DNA of 64,000 nt from Candidatus Bathyarchaeota archaeon. GTDB lineage: Archaea; Thermoproteota; Bathyarchaeia; Bathyarchaeales; Bathycorpusculaceae. Location: positions 352,001-416,000 of the forward strand of contig CAWAKC010000001.1 in assembly GCA_963782525.1 (NCBI GenBank), given 5' to 3'. The notes under the pieces were generated by a model. That model saw only the letters and a list, made by a program, of their open reading frames with translations. It did no database searches and had not been told where the DNA came from. Below are positions 20,667-30,630 of this stretch, one piece after another (position 1 is the stretch's first letter; each line of letters opens with the position of its first letter). The position numbers and the translations under genes are program-made.

Positions 20667-21518
20667 TTAAGATGATGGTAAGACAGCGGCGCGTTTGTGT
20701 TTTTTGAAGTGGACTAACAAACCAACAGTTGCAAACATTATGCTAAGCAGTAAAGATGTTGACCACAGGGGAATCTCTGGAACTGTAGGAGTTGGGGTTG
20801 GTGAAGCAGAAATTTCGCCTATAGTTACTGTTTGTGTGTTACTCCAAGCACTATCTGAATCATAGGCGATTGCAGGTTCATTAAATCCTCCATACTGAGG
20901 AAACAGAGGATGCTGAACATACCAATATGTAGAATTTCGCCCAACTAATGCCTCTGCTTGAAAATCAATTTGAGCATCAGCTGGAATGCCATCTAAAAAC
21001 GCAAAGTATCTTCCTTCTTGACCTATATCTCCAGAATAGTACCTCTGAATATCAAAGCCTGATTCTCCGTAATATTCAGTTGCTACAACAGGGAAAGTAA
21101 TAGTGGTGTAACTTGAATTTGATTTCGGAGAGGAATCGTCAATATACCATGCAAAAGAGAAAGTGCCATCTCCATTGTATAAGCTGGTTCTGTTTTGTAT
21201 TGGGTAGATTTCAGTCCAATTTTCTGCAAAGTGAGGTTTAGTTCGAATATTGTAGTATATTTGGTTGTTTGAATTGTCAAAGAACTGGTTATTTATTTTA
21301 ATTAGAATTGAGTTGTTGATAATCTGCTTGGTTTCATTTGCTCCAGTGTAAGGATTAGTTGTAGTTACACTGTAGGAAGCATTCACAAACTTAACGGTGA
21401 ATTCGGGTACAGACGGTTTAGGTATTGATTGTGCATTTGCTGATTCAACTATAATTAGGCTTGATGCTGTTAAGATTACCACAAGAAGTAACGAGAAACC
21501 CTTGCTGATACATCCCAT
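20667..21518 (-). CDS. Secreted surface protein with PEF-CTERM-like C-terminal anchor
   Basis: Signal peptide, IPKPSVPEFTVK motif, PT linker, VPEIP, transmembrane helix and basic tail. Confidence 0.8.
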   Translation of the reverse strand: MGCISKGFSLLLVVILTASSLIIVESANAQSIPKPSVPEFTVKFVNASYSVTTTNPYTGANETKQIINNSILIKINNQFFDNSNNQIYYNIRTKPHFAENWTEIYPIQNRTSLYNGDGTFSFAWYIDDSSPKSNSSYTTITFPVVATEYYGESGFDIQRYYSGDIGQEGRYFAFLDGIPADAQIDFQAEALVGRNSTYWYVQHPLFPQYGGFNEPAIAYDSDSAWSNTQTVTIGEISASPTPTPTVPEIPLWSTSLLLSIMFATVGLLVHFKKHKRAAVLPSS

Positions 21519-21566
21519 GATTAATCTAGGAATGGTTTGCAAATAAAAGACTTCTCGTAAACGTCC

Positions 21567-21697
21567 GAGACTGTGTGATAACTCAATTGCTTTTCAAAAA
21601 ATTGCTGATTTGCTCGCAAAAAGCAATGGCTGATAAAACGGCTTTTAACAACAATGAAGCAATTTTCAAAATCCGAACTGACTTTTTACACAGTCTC
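21567..21697. mobile_element. 131-bp MITE of the IS1182 family, copy 1
   Basis: Terminal inverted repeats GAGACTGTGT...ACACAGTCTC. A 4-bp direct repeat GTCC lies at 21563-66 and 21698-701. The ends match the IS at 24857-26532. Confidence 0.92.
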
Positions 21698-21725
21698 GTC
21701 CCTTGACTAAATCTAGTCAAATTTC

Positions 21726-21856
21726 GAGACTGTGTGATAACTCAATTGCTTTTCAAAAAATTGCTGATTTGCTCGCAAAAAGCAATGGCTGATAAAACGG
21801 CTTTTAACAACAATGAAGCAATTTTCAAAATCCAAACTGACTTTTTACACAGTCTC
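21726..21856. mobile_element. 131-bp MITE of the IS1182 family, copy 2
   Basis: One substitution relative to copy 1. It has its own 4-bp direct repeat TTTC at 21722-25 and 21857-60. Confidence 0.92.
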
Positions 21857-22742
21857 TTTCCTTTACTAAGTTGAGTTTGCGTTTTTTGCGGTAAACCAAC
21901 AAACCAACAGTTGCCAGCATTACACTAGGCAGTAGGGGGATTGTCCATAAGGGAAACTCTGGAATATTCGCTTGTGAAGATATGACAGGTTTCATTAAAG
22001 GATGATAATCCTGATAATAGACTGTTTTGCTTCCATTTTGGGCTGTAGAGAACACATATGGCGTGTTGCCTATTCCAGTATTGTCTATTTCATTGGCGTT
22101 GGGGTATCTTGTTTGATAATCGCTCCAATAGTTCCTATCCACAACTGGCGCATTAGACAACCAAAGGGATATCGTAGTGTTGACGAAATTGTTTTCCGTG
22201 ATAATATCTGTTCCATTTGGGTTATAATCAAACAAGACAGTTGCGTTTACGAGATTATTGTGTTTAATTAGGTCACCTGTACCATTTGCGTTGCCTTGAA
22301 TTTCCATGCTTGATTTGTCGAAGTAATTGCCGATAAAACTGTTGTTGCTTCCGCCAACCGAGAAAGCGCCTGTGGGAATGTTGTAAATCCTTAAATTCTC
22401 CACCAAGACGCCCCAACATTCTCGATGGGACAAGTCAGGTCCTCCCAGAAGTATGCCGATTTCCGAATTTTGACCCGTATTAATTCCGTTTCCTTGAAGC
22501 GTATGCCCTGCACCGTCAATTATGATATTGTTGGTTTGAACCCAAATGGTGCCGAAAATGTCGCCCTCAAAGGTGTATGTTGCTCCGTTTCGCTCAAGCA
22601 AGCTTATGCTTGGTTCAACACTTCCATCGGGATGGATTGTAATGTTGAGTAGTTCTTGCGCTTTAATAGGTGAAGTTAAGATTAAGACCGAAGCTAAGAG
22701 ACCTATCAGAACGAGTGAAACTGCTAATGCTGTTTTTTTCAT
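21825..22742 (-). CDS. NosD/CASH-like beta-helix surface protein with IPEFP anchor; 3' end altered by MITE copy 2
   Basis: ITIHPDGSVEP, IDGAGHTLQG, NYWSDY, D-x-HPL, IPEFP, TM and RKKRK. Without the MITE the ORF would end LVKEI-stop. Confidence 0.85.
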   Translation of the reverse strand: MKKTALAVSLVLIGLLASVLILTSPIKAQELLNITIHPDGSVEPSISLLERNGATYTFEGDIFGTIWVQTNNIIIDGAGHTLQGNGINTGQNSEIGILLGGPDLSHRECWGVLVENLRIYNIPTGAFSVGGSNNSFIGNYFDKSSMEIQGNANGTGDLIKHNNLVNATVLFDYNPNGTDIITENNFVNTTISLWLSNAPVVDRNYWSDYQTRYPNANEIDNTGIGNTPYVFSTAQNGSKTVYYQDYHPLMKPVISSQANIPEFPLWTIPLLPSVMLATVGLLVYRKKRKLNLVKERDCVKSQFGF

Positions 22743-23835
22743 TCAGGGTTTAACCTCATGTTTGCGTCTCTTGGAGTAGACCAACAAACCAGCAACCACG
22801 ATTATAGTAAGTAACAATGGAGTTGCCAATATGGGGTACTCTGGGATTGAAGGTGAAGGAGTTGGAGATGAAGTGGGTCCAGAATTAGGCATTGTGACTG
22901 AAACTGGCAACATAATTGGGTCATTATCTTGGTTGTTTGCGTCTATTATGTATGGGGTATCACCGATGCCGTCCTTATTAGCGTCTGTTCCGTTGTAGTC
23001 ACTCCAATAGTTTCGGTCAATAGTGTTAACAGAACGACTGCCACCCCATGTAAGATAATAATCTTCGTTAGCCGAGAACTGGATGGTATTGTTAACATAA
23101 TTGTTGTTGGATATCATATTATTACTAGATCCATAAACAGTTGTTCCACATCCTGAATTTGATATGTTATTTCGAATTATTGTGTTGCCATTTGGATTGT
23201 ACCATTTTGGGGGAGAGTATTCCGCTAGCAATCGGATAGCTACATCTTGACAGTTTGTCATGATGTTTTCTGTAACCATATTATTGGAGCTGCCTTCTCT
23301 AAGCTGAATGCCCTCTGTGCATGAGTCGATATAATTATTTTTGAGCAAATTGTTGTTTGAGTAGCTCAATTGAATAGCTGCCGAAAGCCCGATTGATTGA
23401 AGAATATTCTCGGTAATAGTGCTATTTTGTGAATTGAGTAATACTATGCCGTATTGAGTATTTGTTATCTTGTTTCCTGAAATTTTGGAGTTGTTTGCAG
23501 ATATTGTTATTCCTTGCCAGCCGTCATATATGGTCAAGCCTGTTATGGTTACATTATCGCTTTCTACCTTCAGACCTGCTGTCACATCAATTACGGTTGC
23601 ATCCCTGTCTTCTCCAATCAATGAAACCGATTTGTTGACTACTGGATTTTCCACATAAGTGCCTCTCTTAACGAATATTGTGTCTCCTACGTCGGCAGTG
23701 TTGATAGCTTCTTGAATAGTGTTAGAATCGTGGGACAGTGATTGTTTTAGATTCAGCCTTCACGGGCAAATTTACAGTTAAACATAAAGTTGCCAAGAAG
23801 ACGAGAACAACCAGCAGTGCAACATTCTTCCTCAT
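22743..23835 (-). pseudogene. NosD-like beta-helix surface protein, frameshifted near 23730
   Basis: The signal peptide from ATG 23835 (MRKNVALLVV...TITVP) stops early. The other frame continues DSNTIQEAINTADVGDTIFVKRGTYVENP into ORF 22743-23654 (NYWSDY, DGIGDTPY, IPEYP anchor). Confidence 0.8.
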
Positions 23836-24800
23836 GTTTTACCTCCCGATTTCGGTCGGCGTTTTTTGAGGTAAACCAACAAACCAGCAGCCACCGCTAA
23901 CACGACTACAAGGGTCACAGCGGCAAAAATCGTGGTAGAATGAGGATTTGCTTTGGGTGGTTCTGCACCAGTATTAATCGTTTGATGCGGTGAAGACGTA
24001 GATGGTGCCGATGGAAGAGGGATGTTAAAGTTGGGAATCTCAAAATCGGTTATCGGGTTAACTAATGGGTGATAATCAATGGCTGAATAGTTGCCGTGGC
24101 TACCGCCTATAAATTTGTCATAGACATTTGGGGTATCCCATATTCCAGAATTATCCAATTCCTTTGCGTTGGGGTATTCTGCTGTATAGTTGCTCCAGTA
24201 ATTCTTGTCAACAATTGGCGGTTTAGCCAAATCAACAAAGATCCAACTGTCAATAAAGTTATTTTCGGTTATGACATCATTTCCGCCATTATTGTAGTCA
24301 ACGAATATTTCGGTGATATTGAAAATGTTATGTTTTACTATATTTCCTTCATCGCTTCCTCCTATAATGTGGAGGCGTGCATTGTCAAAGTAGTTGCCGA
24401 TGAAACTGTTGTTGTTTGAGGGAGTGTATATGCCTTCCGCGAAATTGTAAATTCGCAAATTCTTCACTAAGACGTTGCCATATGCATTGAAAGCCTCATC
24501 ATGTCCAACCAAATTTATCCCTCGAAAGTTCGATTCTCGGGGGTTCCCTTGAAGGGTATGTCCTGCTCCGTCGATTGTGATTCCTGCTCTTTGAACTGTT
24601 ATTGTGGCAAAAATATCTACAATAAAGGTGTATGTGCTGCCATTTCTTTGAAGCCAAATAATATCAGTGTCTGGTTCAATGCTTCCATCTGGCTTGATTG
24701 TTAGGTTTAGTGGTTCTTGTTCTTGCGCTTTAACTGGTAAGGCGAGGATTGAAAGAGAAACTATGAGGCAGACTGTAACTAAAGCAATGCAGGCTTTCAT
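23832..24800 (-). CDS. NosD/CASH-like beta-helix surface protein with C-terminal TM anchor
   Basis: Paralog of 21825-22742 (LTIKPDGSIEP, IDGAGHTLQG, NYWSNY, DYHPL), ending in TM plus KKRR. Confidence 0.85.
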   Translation of the reverse strand: MKACIALVTVCLIVSLSILALPVKAQEQEPLNLTIKPDGSIEPDTDIIWLQRNGSTYTFIVDIFATITVQRAGITIDGAGHTLQGNPRESNFRGINLVGHDEAFNAYGNVLVKNLRIYNFAEGIYTPSNNNSFIGNYFDNARLHIIGGSDEGNIVKHNIFNITEIFVDYNNGGNDVITENNFIDSWIFVDLAKPPIVDKNYWSNYTAEYPNAKELDNSGIWDTPNVYDKFIGGSHGNYSAIDYHPLVNPITDFEIPNFNIPLPSAPSTSSPHQTINTGAEPPKANPHSTTIFAAVTLVVVLAVAAGLLVYLKKRRPKSGGKT

Positions 24801-24856
24801 GACTTATCAGAAATAGTCATGAAGTTTTCGCCTTATAGGTATTCTCGTCAAGAAAC

Positions 24857-26532
24857 GAGACCGTGTAAAAAATAGCGCAGCGGCCAGTTGTTAACTTGAA
24901 AAAGTACTTAATACTTTTTGAGATTTTACTTTCTCTTATTCTTTATTTTTTAACAAGCGCTTGGATTAGAGCTTCAACCCCAAGAATGTTTAGAGCTCTC
25001 CTCAAATTATAAGAAAACAAAAGCAACCCAACCTCCCCACTAACCTTGCGAAGACCTTTAAGCAGCAAATATGGAGCACCAAACGCTCTCTTCAAAGTTC
25101 CAAACGTATGCTCAATCACTTTTTTGCGTTCACCCATAATCTCTGGATGCAATTTCATCCGCTTTCTCATATCATCGACAACTTCTTCGTGCACCCACCG
25201 CCAAATTACCCGACCTACCTTATTGCCTGTGCACTTAGTCATAAAAAATTGGCATGAAGAGCAAACACCTTTCTGGCATCTGTAAATACGCATCTCAATC
25301 CCTTCACGAACGCTCAAACAATAAAACAAAAGACGCCGCCCAGCTGGACAAACATACACATCAGCACTCTTATCATAACGGAATTTGTCAGCAGTAAACT
25401 CCGGAGACACAAGACCGCCACCGCTTCCAGATCTCTTCACTGCAACATAAGGCGTAACCCCACTGTCGACACATTGCTTAATCTGCATGAAGTCAAAATA
25501 ACCTTTATCAGAAATACAATCAATCTGCTCTACTCCTAGTGTTTCTTTTGCGCTTATAGCTACTCCGCTGAGCTGATTTAGGTCTGAAGCTTCGTTAGTC
25601 ACCAGGTAGTTGACGATGAGATGGTTTTTTGAATCCACTGCTGCCTGCATGTTATAGCAGGATTCAACTCTGCCATGATTCATCATCTGCCGACAATCCA
25701 GATCAGTTAGAGCAACTTCCTTTTGACCACTCTTTTCTATTTTACCAAGGATTTCTTGGCTCTTTTCTTTTTTCTCAAGCAACGCAGCCAATTTGTCTAC
25801 CATAAAAGCCTTCGCCACTTCACCTGACTCGCTACTTGCTTGTTGCTCGTCAGATGCTTCCTGCTCATCTGCAGCATCTAACTCGTCTAGGTAGTGTTTT
25901 ACTGATTTTTCCATGACCTTTATTCTCTTTGCAAGCGCTCGTTGGGTAAAGGCTTTATCATTGGAGTTGACGGCCCGAAGTTTGGTGCCATCTACGGTTA
26001 CTTGTTTTGCTCCATAGAGACTGAGATCTTTTAAGAAAGCTACAAAATCTTTGAACAAGGCGCATATGGCTGCTGGGTTGTCTTTTCTAAAATCCGCTAT
26101 GGTTTTAAAATCGGGTGCTAAGCCTTTGAGCAGCCACATTGCCTCAAGGTTTGTTTTGCATTCTCGTTCTAGCTTTCTGCTTGATCGGATGTGGTTTAGG
26201 CCTCCGTAGAGATAGAGTTTACAGAGATCTTTTGGGTTGTATGATGGTCTTCCAAGGTCTTGTGGTGTTGAGTGGGTGAAGCCTAACTTTTCCATGTCCA
26301 GCGTGTTTACGTAGGCGTCTATGAATCTGACTGGGTTGTCTGGTTCTACGTATTCTTCTATGGTTTTGGGCAGTAGGAACGTTTGGTTTCTGGATAAGCC
26401 TTCTACATAGCTGTCGGTTTCATCGTTCATTGTCTGCTCACTTATTTTGGTCTTGTTTGTTATGGGCGAAGGGTCTAGATTTAAGGTTAACGGCATAATA
26501 GACGAGTTAGAGCAGACTTTTCACACAGTCTC
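24857..26532 (-). mobile_element. IS1182-family insertion sequence (1676 bp)
   Basis: TIRs GAGACCGTGTAAAA and TTTTCACACAGTCTC, a 4-bp direct repeat AAAC on both sides, and a transposase gene inside. Confidence 0.93.
24943..26430 (-). CDS. IS1182-family DDE transposase
   Basis: GRPSYNP, SSRKLERE, PDFKTIADFR, VDGTK, DKGY, YVCPAG and IEHTFGTLK. The likely start is ATG 26430. Confidence 0.93.
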   Translation of the reverse strand: MNDETDSYVEGLSRNQTFLLPKTIEEYVEPDNPVRFIDAYVNTLDMEKLGFTHSTPQDLGRPSYNPKDLCKLYLYGGLNHIRSSRKLERECKTNLEAMWLLKGLAPDFKTIADFRKDNPAAICALFKDFVAFLKDLSLYGAKQVTVDGTKLRAVNSNDKAFTQRALAKRIKVMEKSVKHYLDELDAADEQEASDEQQASSESGEVAKAFMVDKLAALLEKKEKSQEILGKIEKSGQKEVALTDLDCRQMMNHGRVESCYNMQAAVDSKNHLIVNYLVTNEASDLNQLSGVAISAKETLGVEQIDCISDKGYFDFMQIKQCVDSGVTPYVAVKRSGSGGGLVSPEFTADKFRYDKSADVYVCPAGRRLLFYCLSVREGIEMRIYRCQKGVCSSCQFFMTKCTGNKVGRVIWRWVHEEVVDDMRKRMKLHPEIMGERKKVIEHTFGTLKRAFGAPYLLLKGLRKVSGEVGLLLFSYNLRRALNILGVEALIQALVKK

Positions 26533-26615
26533 AAACCTTGACCAAGCCCAGACAAGAAAGTTTGACAAAAAACCACTTAAGCAAACTCACTCTCATAGTA
26601 TAACAGGAACGTCAA

Positions 26616-27407
26616 ATGCCAAAGAAACTCTTGGCAACAACAATCATCATAGCAACAATCTTAGCATCAGTCGTTAGCATATTGGGCGTTGAGGTAGTGA
26701 ATGCTAACCCAGTTCCTTTTTCATCAGTACCCAATACTGATTTGCCCTCTCTGACAGTTGATACGCCAGTAAGTCCATCGCCATTGTATGACAATAACAC
26801 AGTAGCAATGGATATCACAGTAGTACAACCAGATGCTTGGCTTTCATACTACATGGGGTTTATGCCTTCGGTGGGTAGCTGCTATGGGTATGTATACTTA
26901 GATGGAGCAATGAAAATAGGCTTCCCATCTACTCAAGATAAATTCAACCAATACAATATTTCATTCACTGGTTACCCAGCCACTGTGCTAAAAATCAACG
27001 GTTATAATGTCTCTTTCACCAATGAAAAAGATATCCAACACAAACTAACAATTCAACTTTATTGTATCACTTTTTCCCAAATAGGTAATTATCAATCCAA
27101 CGTGACACAGGATGTTTCATTTACAATGGACTCTAGTTCTCAAACTATTTCGTTCACTAAAACCCCAGTTATGACAGACAGAGGACCATACCCCACAGCA
27201 ACCCCAACTTCTTTCCCAATACCTACAACAAACATTACCCCAACTCCAGCATTTACTCCTAGTTTAAGTCCAGTCAACTTACCGCCTAACACAAGTTTCA
27301 CAATATCAGCCCAAGCTACGATTATCATTATTGCTTCAGTGATTGTAGTACTAGTTATCGTTTCAATTTTATTGGTTTACTTTAGGAGAAGAAAGGGTAA
27401 GCCATGA
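26616..27407 (+). CDS. Secreted, C-terminally anchored surface protein (Ig-like), array member 1
   Basis: Signal peptide ending VNANP, PT-rich linker, TM and RRRKGK. Confidence 0.75.
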   Translation: MPKKLLATTIIIATILASVVSILGVEVVNANPVPFSSVPNTDLPSLTVDTPVSPSPLYDNNTVAMDITVVQPDAWLSYYMGFMPSVGSCYGYVYLDGAMKIGFPSTQDKFNQYNISFTGYPATVLKINGYNVSFTNEKDIQHKLTIQLYCITFSQIGNYQSNVTQDVSFTMDSSSQTISFTKTPVMTDRGPYPTATPTSFPIPTTNITPTPAFTPSLSPVNLPPNTSFTISAQATIIIIASVIVVLVIVSILLVYFRRRKGKP

Positions 27408-28042
27408 AGAGAAAATATGCTCTGTTTGCAGTAATGTTTGCTGTCTCAATATTGATTGGCATGCAAGTTGTTAGGATTGCAGAGGCTAATCCTACCATGT
27501 TTGGGAAGACCCGCTACTGTCATATCTCTATTGAATCTCCTAAGAATGGGACCACGTTAAATACTCAACCTGTTGCATTAAACTTCACAGTGACAGAGGT
27601 AAAAATGGCTTCTGACTATACTTACTTCTACCTCTTAGATACTCAAGACCTCCAATATGGTGTCAGAGTTCAGAATCTGGTTTTGGTTAGCAAAGAAACA
27701 GTAACTAATGACACTTTTTTTCCATATGAAAGACAAATGTTTGCAGGAGGAGCAATCTTGCCTATTTTGGCAAGTGGAAGTCATAACTTAACTGTCTTTA
27801 TTGGTTACGCCATTGGTGATGGGACATTAAAGGCCGCAAATGTTGAACCTTTCTCATCTGCAATTAGTTTTAACATAGACAATAAGACTGTGATTCCATC
27901 TCAGACAACAGGGATTTCAAATGTTTCTTACAATCAAGATGACCTTCCAGCATACCTTGTAGTTGCTGTGCCAATTGTAATAGTAGCTGTAATAGCCTCT
28001 TTGTCATTGATTTACTTTAAGAGAAGAAAGGGAAAACAATGA
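27404..28042 (+). CDS. Secreted, C-terminally anchored surface protein (Ig-like), array member 2
   Basis: Signal peptide ending AEANP, ISIESPKN, GSHNLTV, TM and KRRKGK. ATGA overlap with the previous gene. Confidence 0.75.
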   Translation: MKRKYALFAVMFAVSILIGMQVVRIAEANPTMFGKTRYCHISIESPKNGTTLNTQPVALNFTVTEVKMASDYTYFYLLDTQDLQYGVRVQNLVLVSKETVTNDTFFPYERQMFAGGAILPILASGSHNLTVFIGYAIGDGTLKAANVEPFSSAISFNIDNKTVIPSQTTGISNVSYNQDDLPAYLVVAVPIVIVAVIASLSLIYFKRRKGKQ

Positions 28043-28698
28043 AGAGAAAATGTGCTCTGTTTACTGTAGTGTTTGCGGTTTCAATATTGATGGGGATACA
28101 AGCAGTTGAGGTGGTGGAAGCTAATTACAGCACCGATTATCCAGAATCTCCCGACACAAACAAACCTTCAATAATTATGCAAAATCCAGAAAATGATAAA
28201 ATATCCAAAGTTAATTATGTTAACCTTTCCTGCAACATACAAACACCAGCCTCCTGGATTAAAAATGGCCATGCTGTTGCAGAATTAACTTCAATTAGTA
28301 TTGTCCTTGATGGAGAAAAGGTAGAGGACACACGCCTCATATTTGACCATTTCAATTATTCAAAGCCACTTTACTCGTTCACTAAAATCATTCCGGAATT
28401 ATCAGAAGGAAATCACAGCTTACAACTTTATTTGCACTCAGTTAGCTATTATTACACTCCAACGACAACTAGGCTCCTGCACCCTTTTGAGCAACCAATG
28501 GAAACGTCCTCACATATCGTTAACTTTAGTGTTGATACAACCCTTTCTGCAACAATAAGACCCTCACCTTCAGCTAATCCACTTGTGGATGTTCTTGCTT
28601 CAAACAATTTAGTAATAATAAGTTTGGTTGTAATAGTGGCTGTTGCTTCAATCGCATTGGTTTACTTTAAGAGAAGAAAGAGTAAACTAGCAAGGTAG
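28039..28698 (+). CDS. Secreted, C-terminally anchored surface protein (Ig-like), array member 3
   Basis: Signal peptide near-identical to member 2, LSEGNHSLQL, TM and KRRK. ATGA overlap. Confidence 0.75.
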   Translation: MKRKCALFTVVFAVSILMGIQAVEVVEANYSTDYPESPDTNKPSIIMQNPENDKISKVNYVNLSCNIQTPASWIKNGHAVAELTSISIVLDGEKVEDTRLIFDHFNYSKPLYSFTKIIPELSEGNHSLQLYLHSVSYYYTPTTTRLLHPFEQPMETSSHIVNFSVDTTLSATIRPSPSANPLVDVLASNNLVIISLVVIVAVASIALVYFKRRKSKLAR

Positions 28699-28840
28699 CA
28701 AAGTTTTCTCTGAATTACTTTCAAACTCTAAAAAGGCATGAAGCAAAAATCTGTTGGCGATAACTTGTTGTATCCTTTTTGTAGTCACACATGTTCTTAT
28801 TCCCTGGTTTGATTGACAATTATCTCGGAGAGCAAAATAA

Positions 28841-29047
28841 ATGACTGTCGTGAAAATAATTGAGTTAATTGGGACTTCACCAAATGATTGGGAAGATGCT
28901 GTTAAGAATGCTTTAGCACAAGCGGCAAAGACAATTAAAAACATTAAATCTATCTATGTTAAAAGCTGCAAGGCAACAGTGGAAAACAACAAAATTGCAG
29001 AATACAGAGCAGTAGTCAAAATAGCCTTCGTTGTTGAAGGAAGCTAA
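28841..29047 (+). CDS. Dodecin-family flavin-binding protein
   Basis: KIIELIGTS..WEDAVKNA...A.KT...YR...KIAF pattern, 68 aa. Confidence 0.9.
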   Translation: MTVVKIIELIGTSPNDWEDAVKNALAQAAKTIKNIKSIYVKSCKATVENNKIAEYRAVVKIAFVVEGS

Positions 29048-30193
29048 AGCAATATTCTAGTGTTCCTATCTTTTTTCTTTTATAAGACAGAAGCTATGCT
29101 TTTTACTAAATAGGTCTTACGTCTTAGTACCTTCTTAATGCAAAACACTTTTTCAACGAACTCTACATGTTGCTGCATACATGCAGTCACATCATTATTT
29201 ATCTGCTAAGAATCAAGTATCATGATAGGTAGAAGTTACCTTGGACACAGGCATTTCTCTCTCTTCCTGATGTTTGTGCCCAAGTTAACTCTACTTTCTC
29301 TCTTCCTACGTATTTTTGATAGTTTGATGAAATAAAAATATAATGGTAATCTCTTTTTCTTTTGCAGTGCTAATCAGCTAAACAATATCTAAAACAGGTC
29401 TTACGCCTCAATACCTTTCAAGATTTTTTTCGCATTTGACCTAGCATTGCTAGTCCAATCAATATTGCCTCTTCACTACTTTTTTAAAGGCATCGAAAGA
29501 CCGCTAAATCAAATCGATAGACATTTTTCCACCGTAACCTTCAAGCATCCTCTTTCATAGTTTATTGAATTGCTGGTTTTTAGTTGTGTTCATTGATTTG
29601 TTTGTTTTTGATTGTTGTTTTTGGATAAAATGGTTATTTAACCCTTGCTTTCAGATTGTAGGTTGTATTTGGTCTCTTGGTTGATGTTGGAGCGTTGAAA
29701 ACTGAGTTTAGAGGGGCTGTTAGATAAGTTTTCTGAGCGTATTTCTAAGATGCCAGTTTAGTTACGCTACTTGCTGCTGTTTTTTAGGTGTTGTTTATCG
29801 GTAGAATCTTTTTTATGGGTAAGCTTTGCTACTGGTCTCTTTCTATGAGAGAGGTTTTTGTGTCCAAGTATGAAAAACACACAATTTCCCAGTAAATCAA
29901 AGCATGATTACAGAGTTTTGGTGCAAAGGCGCAACTCATGACTATCCGTACTATTGGATAGATGAAATTTGGTTCAAGTAACCTTTTTTCTAATGTGTGA
30001 TTTTTTTATTTGAATTCAAGTGTGCTTGTATCACAAAGACTGCCTGATTGTACGCACCACAATTTCCAACATGAGAAAGCTCTACATGCCTATTTAGAAA
30101 CTTAACGTTGTGACTGTTGTGAACCAGTCACTGAAGTTAATATGTTATTAAAACTATGTAAATGCATTGCCAATCTTGCTAAAGTGATCTTGT

Positions 30194-30442
30194 TTGAAAA
30201 AGAAATTAAGTGGACAATGCCCTTGCGGCTATTTTTTTGGTACTTTTGATAATGCAAAAGATGCAATAGTCAAAATAAGATTACATTTTGATTTCTATCA
30301 TAAGGATTTTCTTCCTTTTGGAATTAGTGACACTGAAGCTTTGGCTTTGTTAAAGAAAGGAATATCGCAAGGGAAAAAACTAATTTGTTCAAACAATGTT
30401 TGTTACAAGCAAGATCGAAGAATAGCTCAACAAATGACATAA
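30194..30442 (+). CDS. Small hypothetical protein with CPCG...H...H putative metal site
   Basis: CPCG plus RLHFDFYH, DUF1059-like spacing. Confidence 0.5.
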   Translation: MKKKLSGQCPCGYFFGTFDNAKDAIVKIRLHFDFYHKDFLPFGISDTEALALLKKGISQGKKLICSNNVCYKQDRRIAQQMT

Positions 30443-30630
30443 GTTTCAGAAGTTTCCTCACTATTACTTATCTTATCTTTGTTTGTTTTTCGTTTGTTTT
30501 CTTTTCGTTGTTCTGTTTTCAGTGTGTTGGTTGGCTGTTTGTTTTTCGCTGTTGTTTGGGCGCAAAAAGTCTTTTTAGCGCTTGCTTACAGAATAGGAGT
30601 TATCATAGCTTTGTTTGTGGGATTTGAAGC

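Noticed and set aside
21567-21856. Long direct repeat with a short spacer as a possible CRISPR array or tandem duplication
   Set aside because: The units are 131 bp with TIRs and distinct 4-bp target duplications, so they are MITEs. There is no cas operon.
29112-29418. 22-bp imperfect repeat AGGTCTTACGYCTYARTACCTT at 29112 and 29396
   Set aside because: Only two copies 284 bp apart, with no consistent ORF or structure. Too little to interpret.
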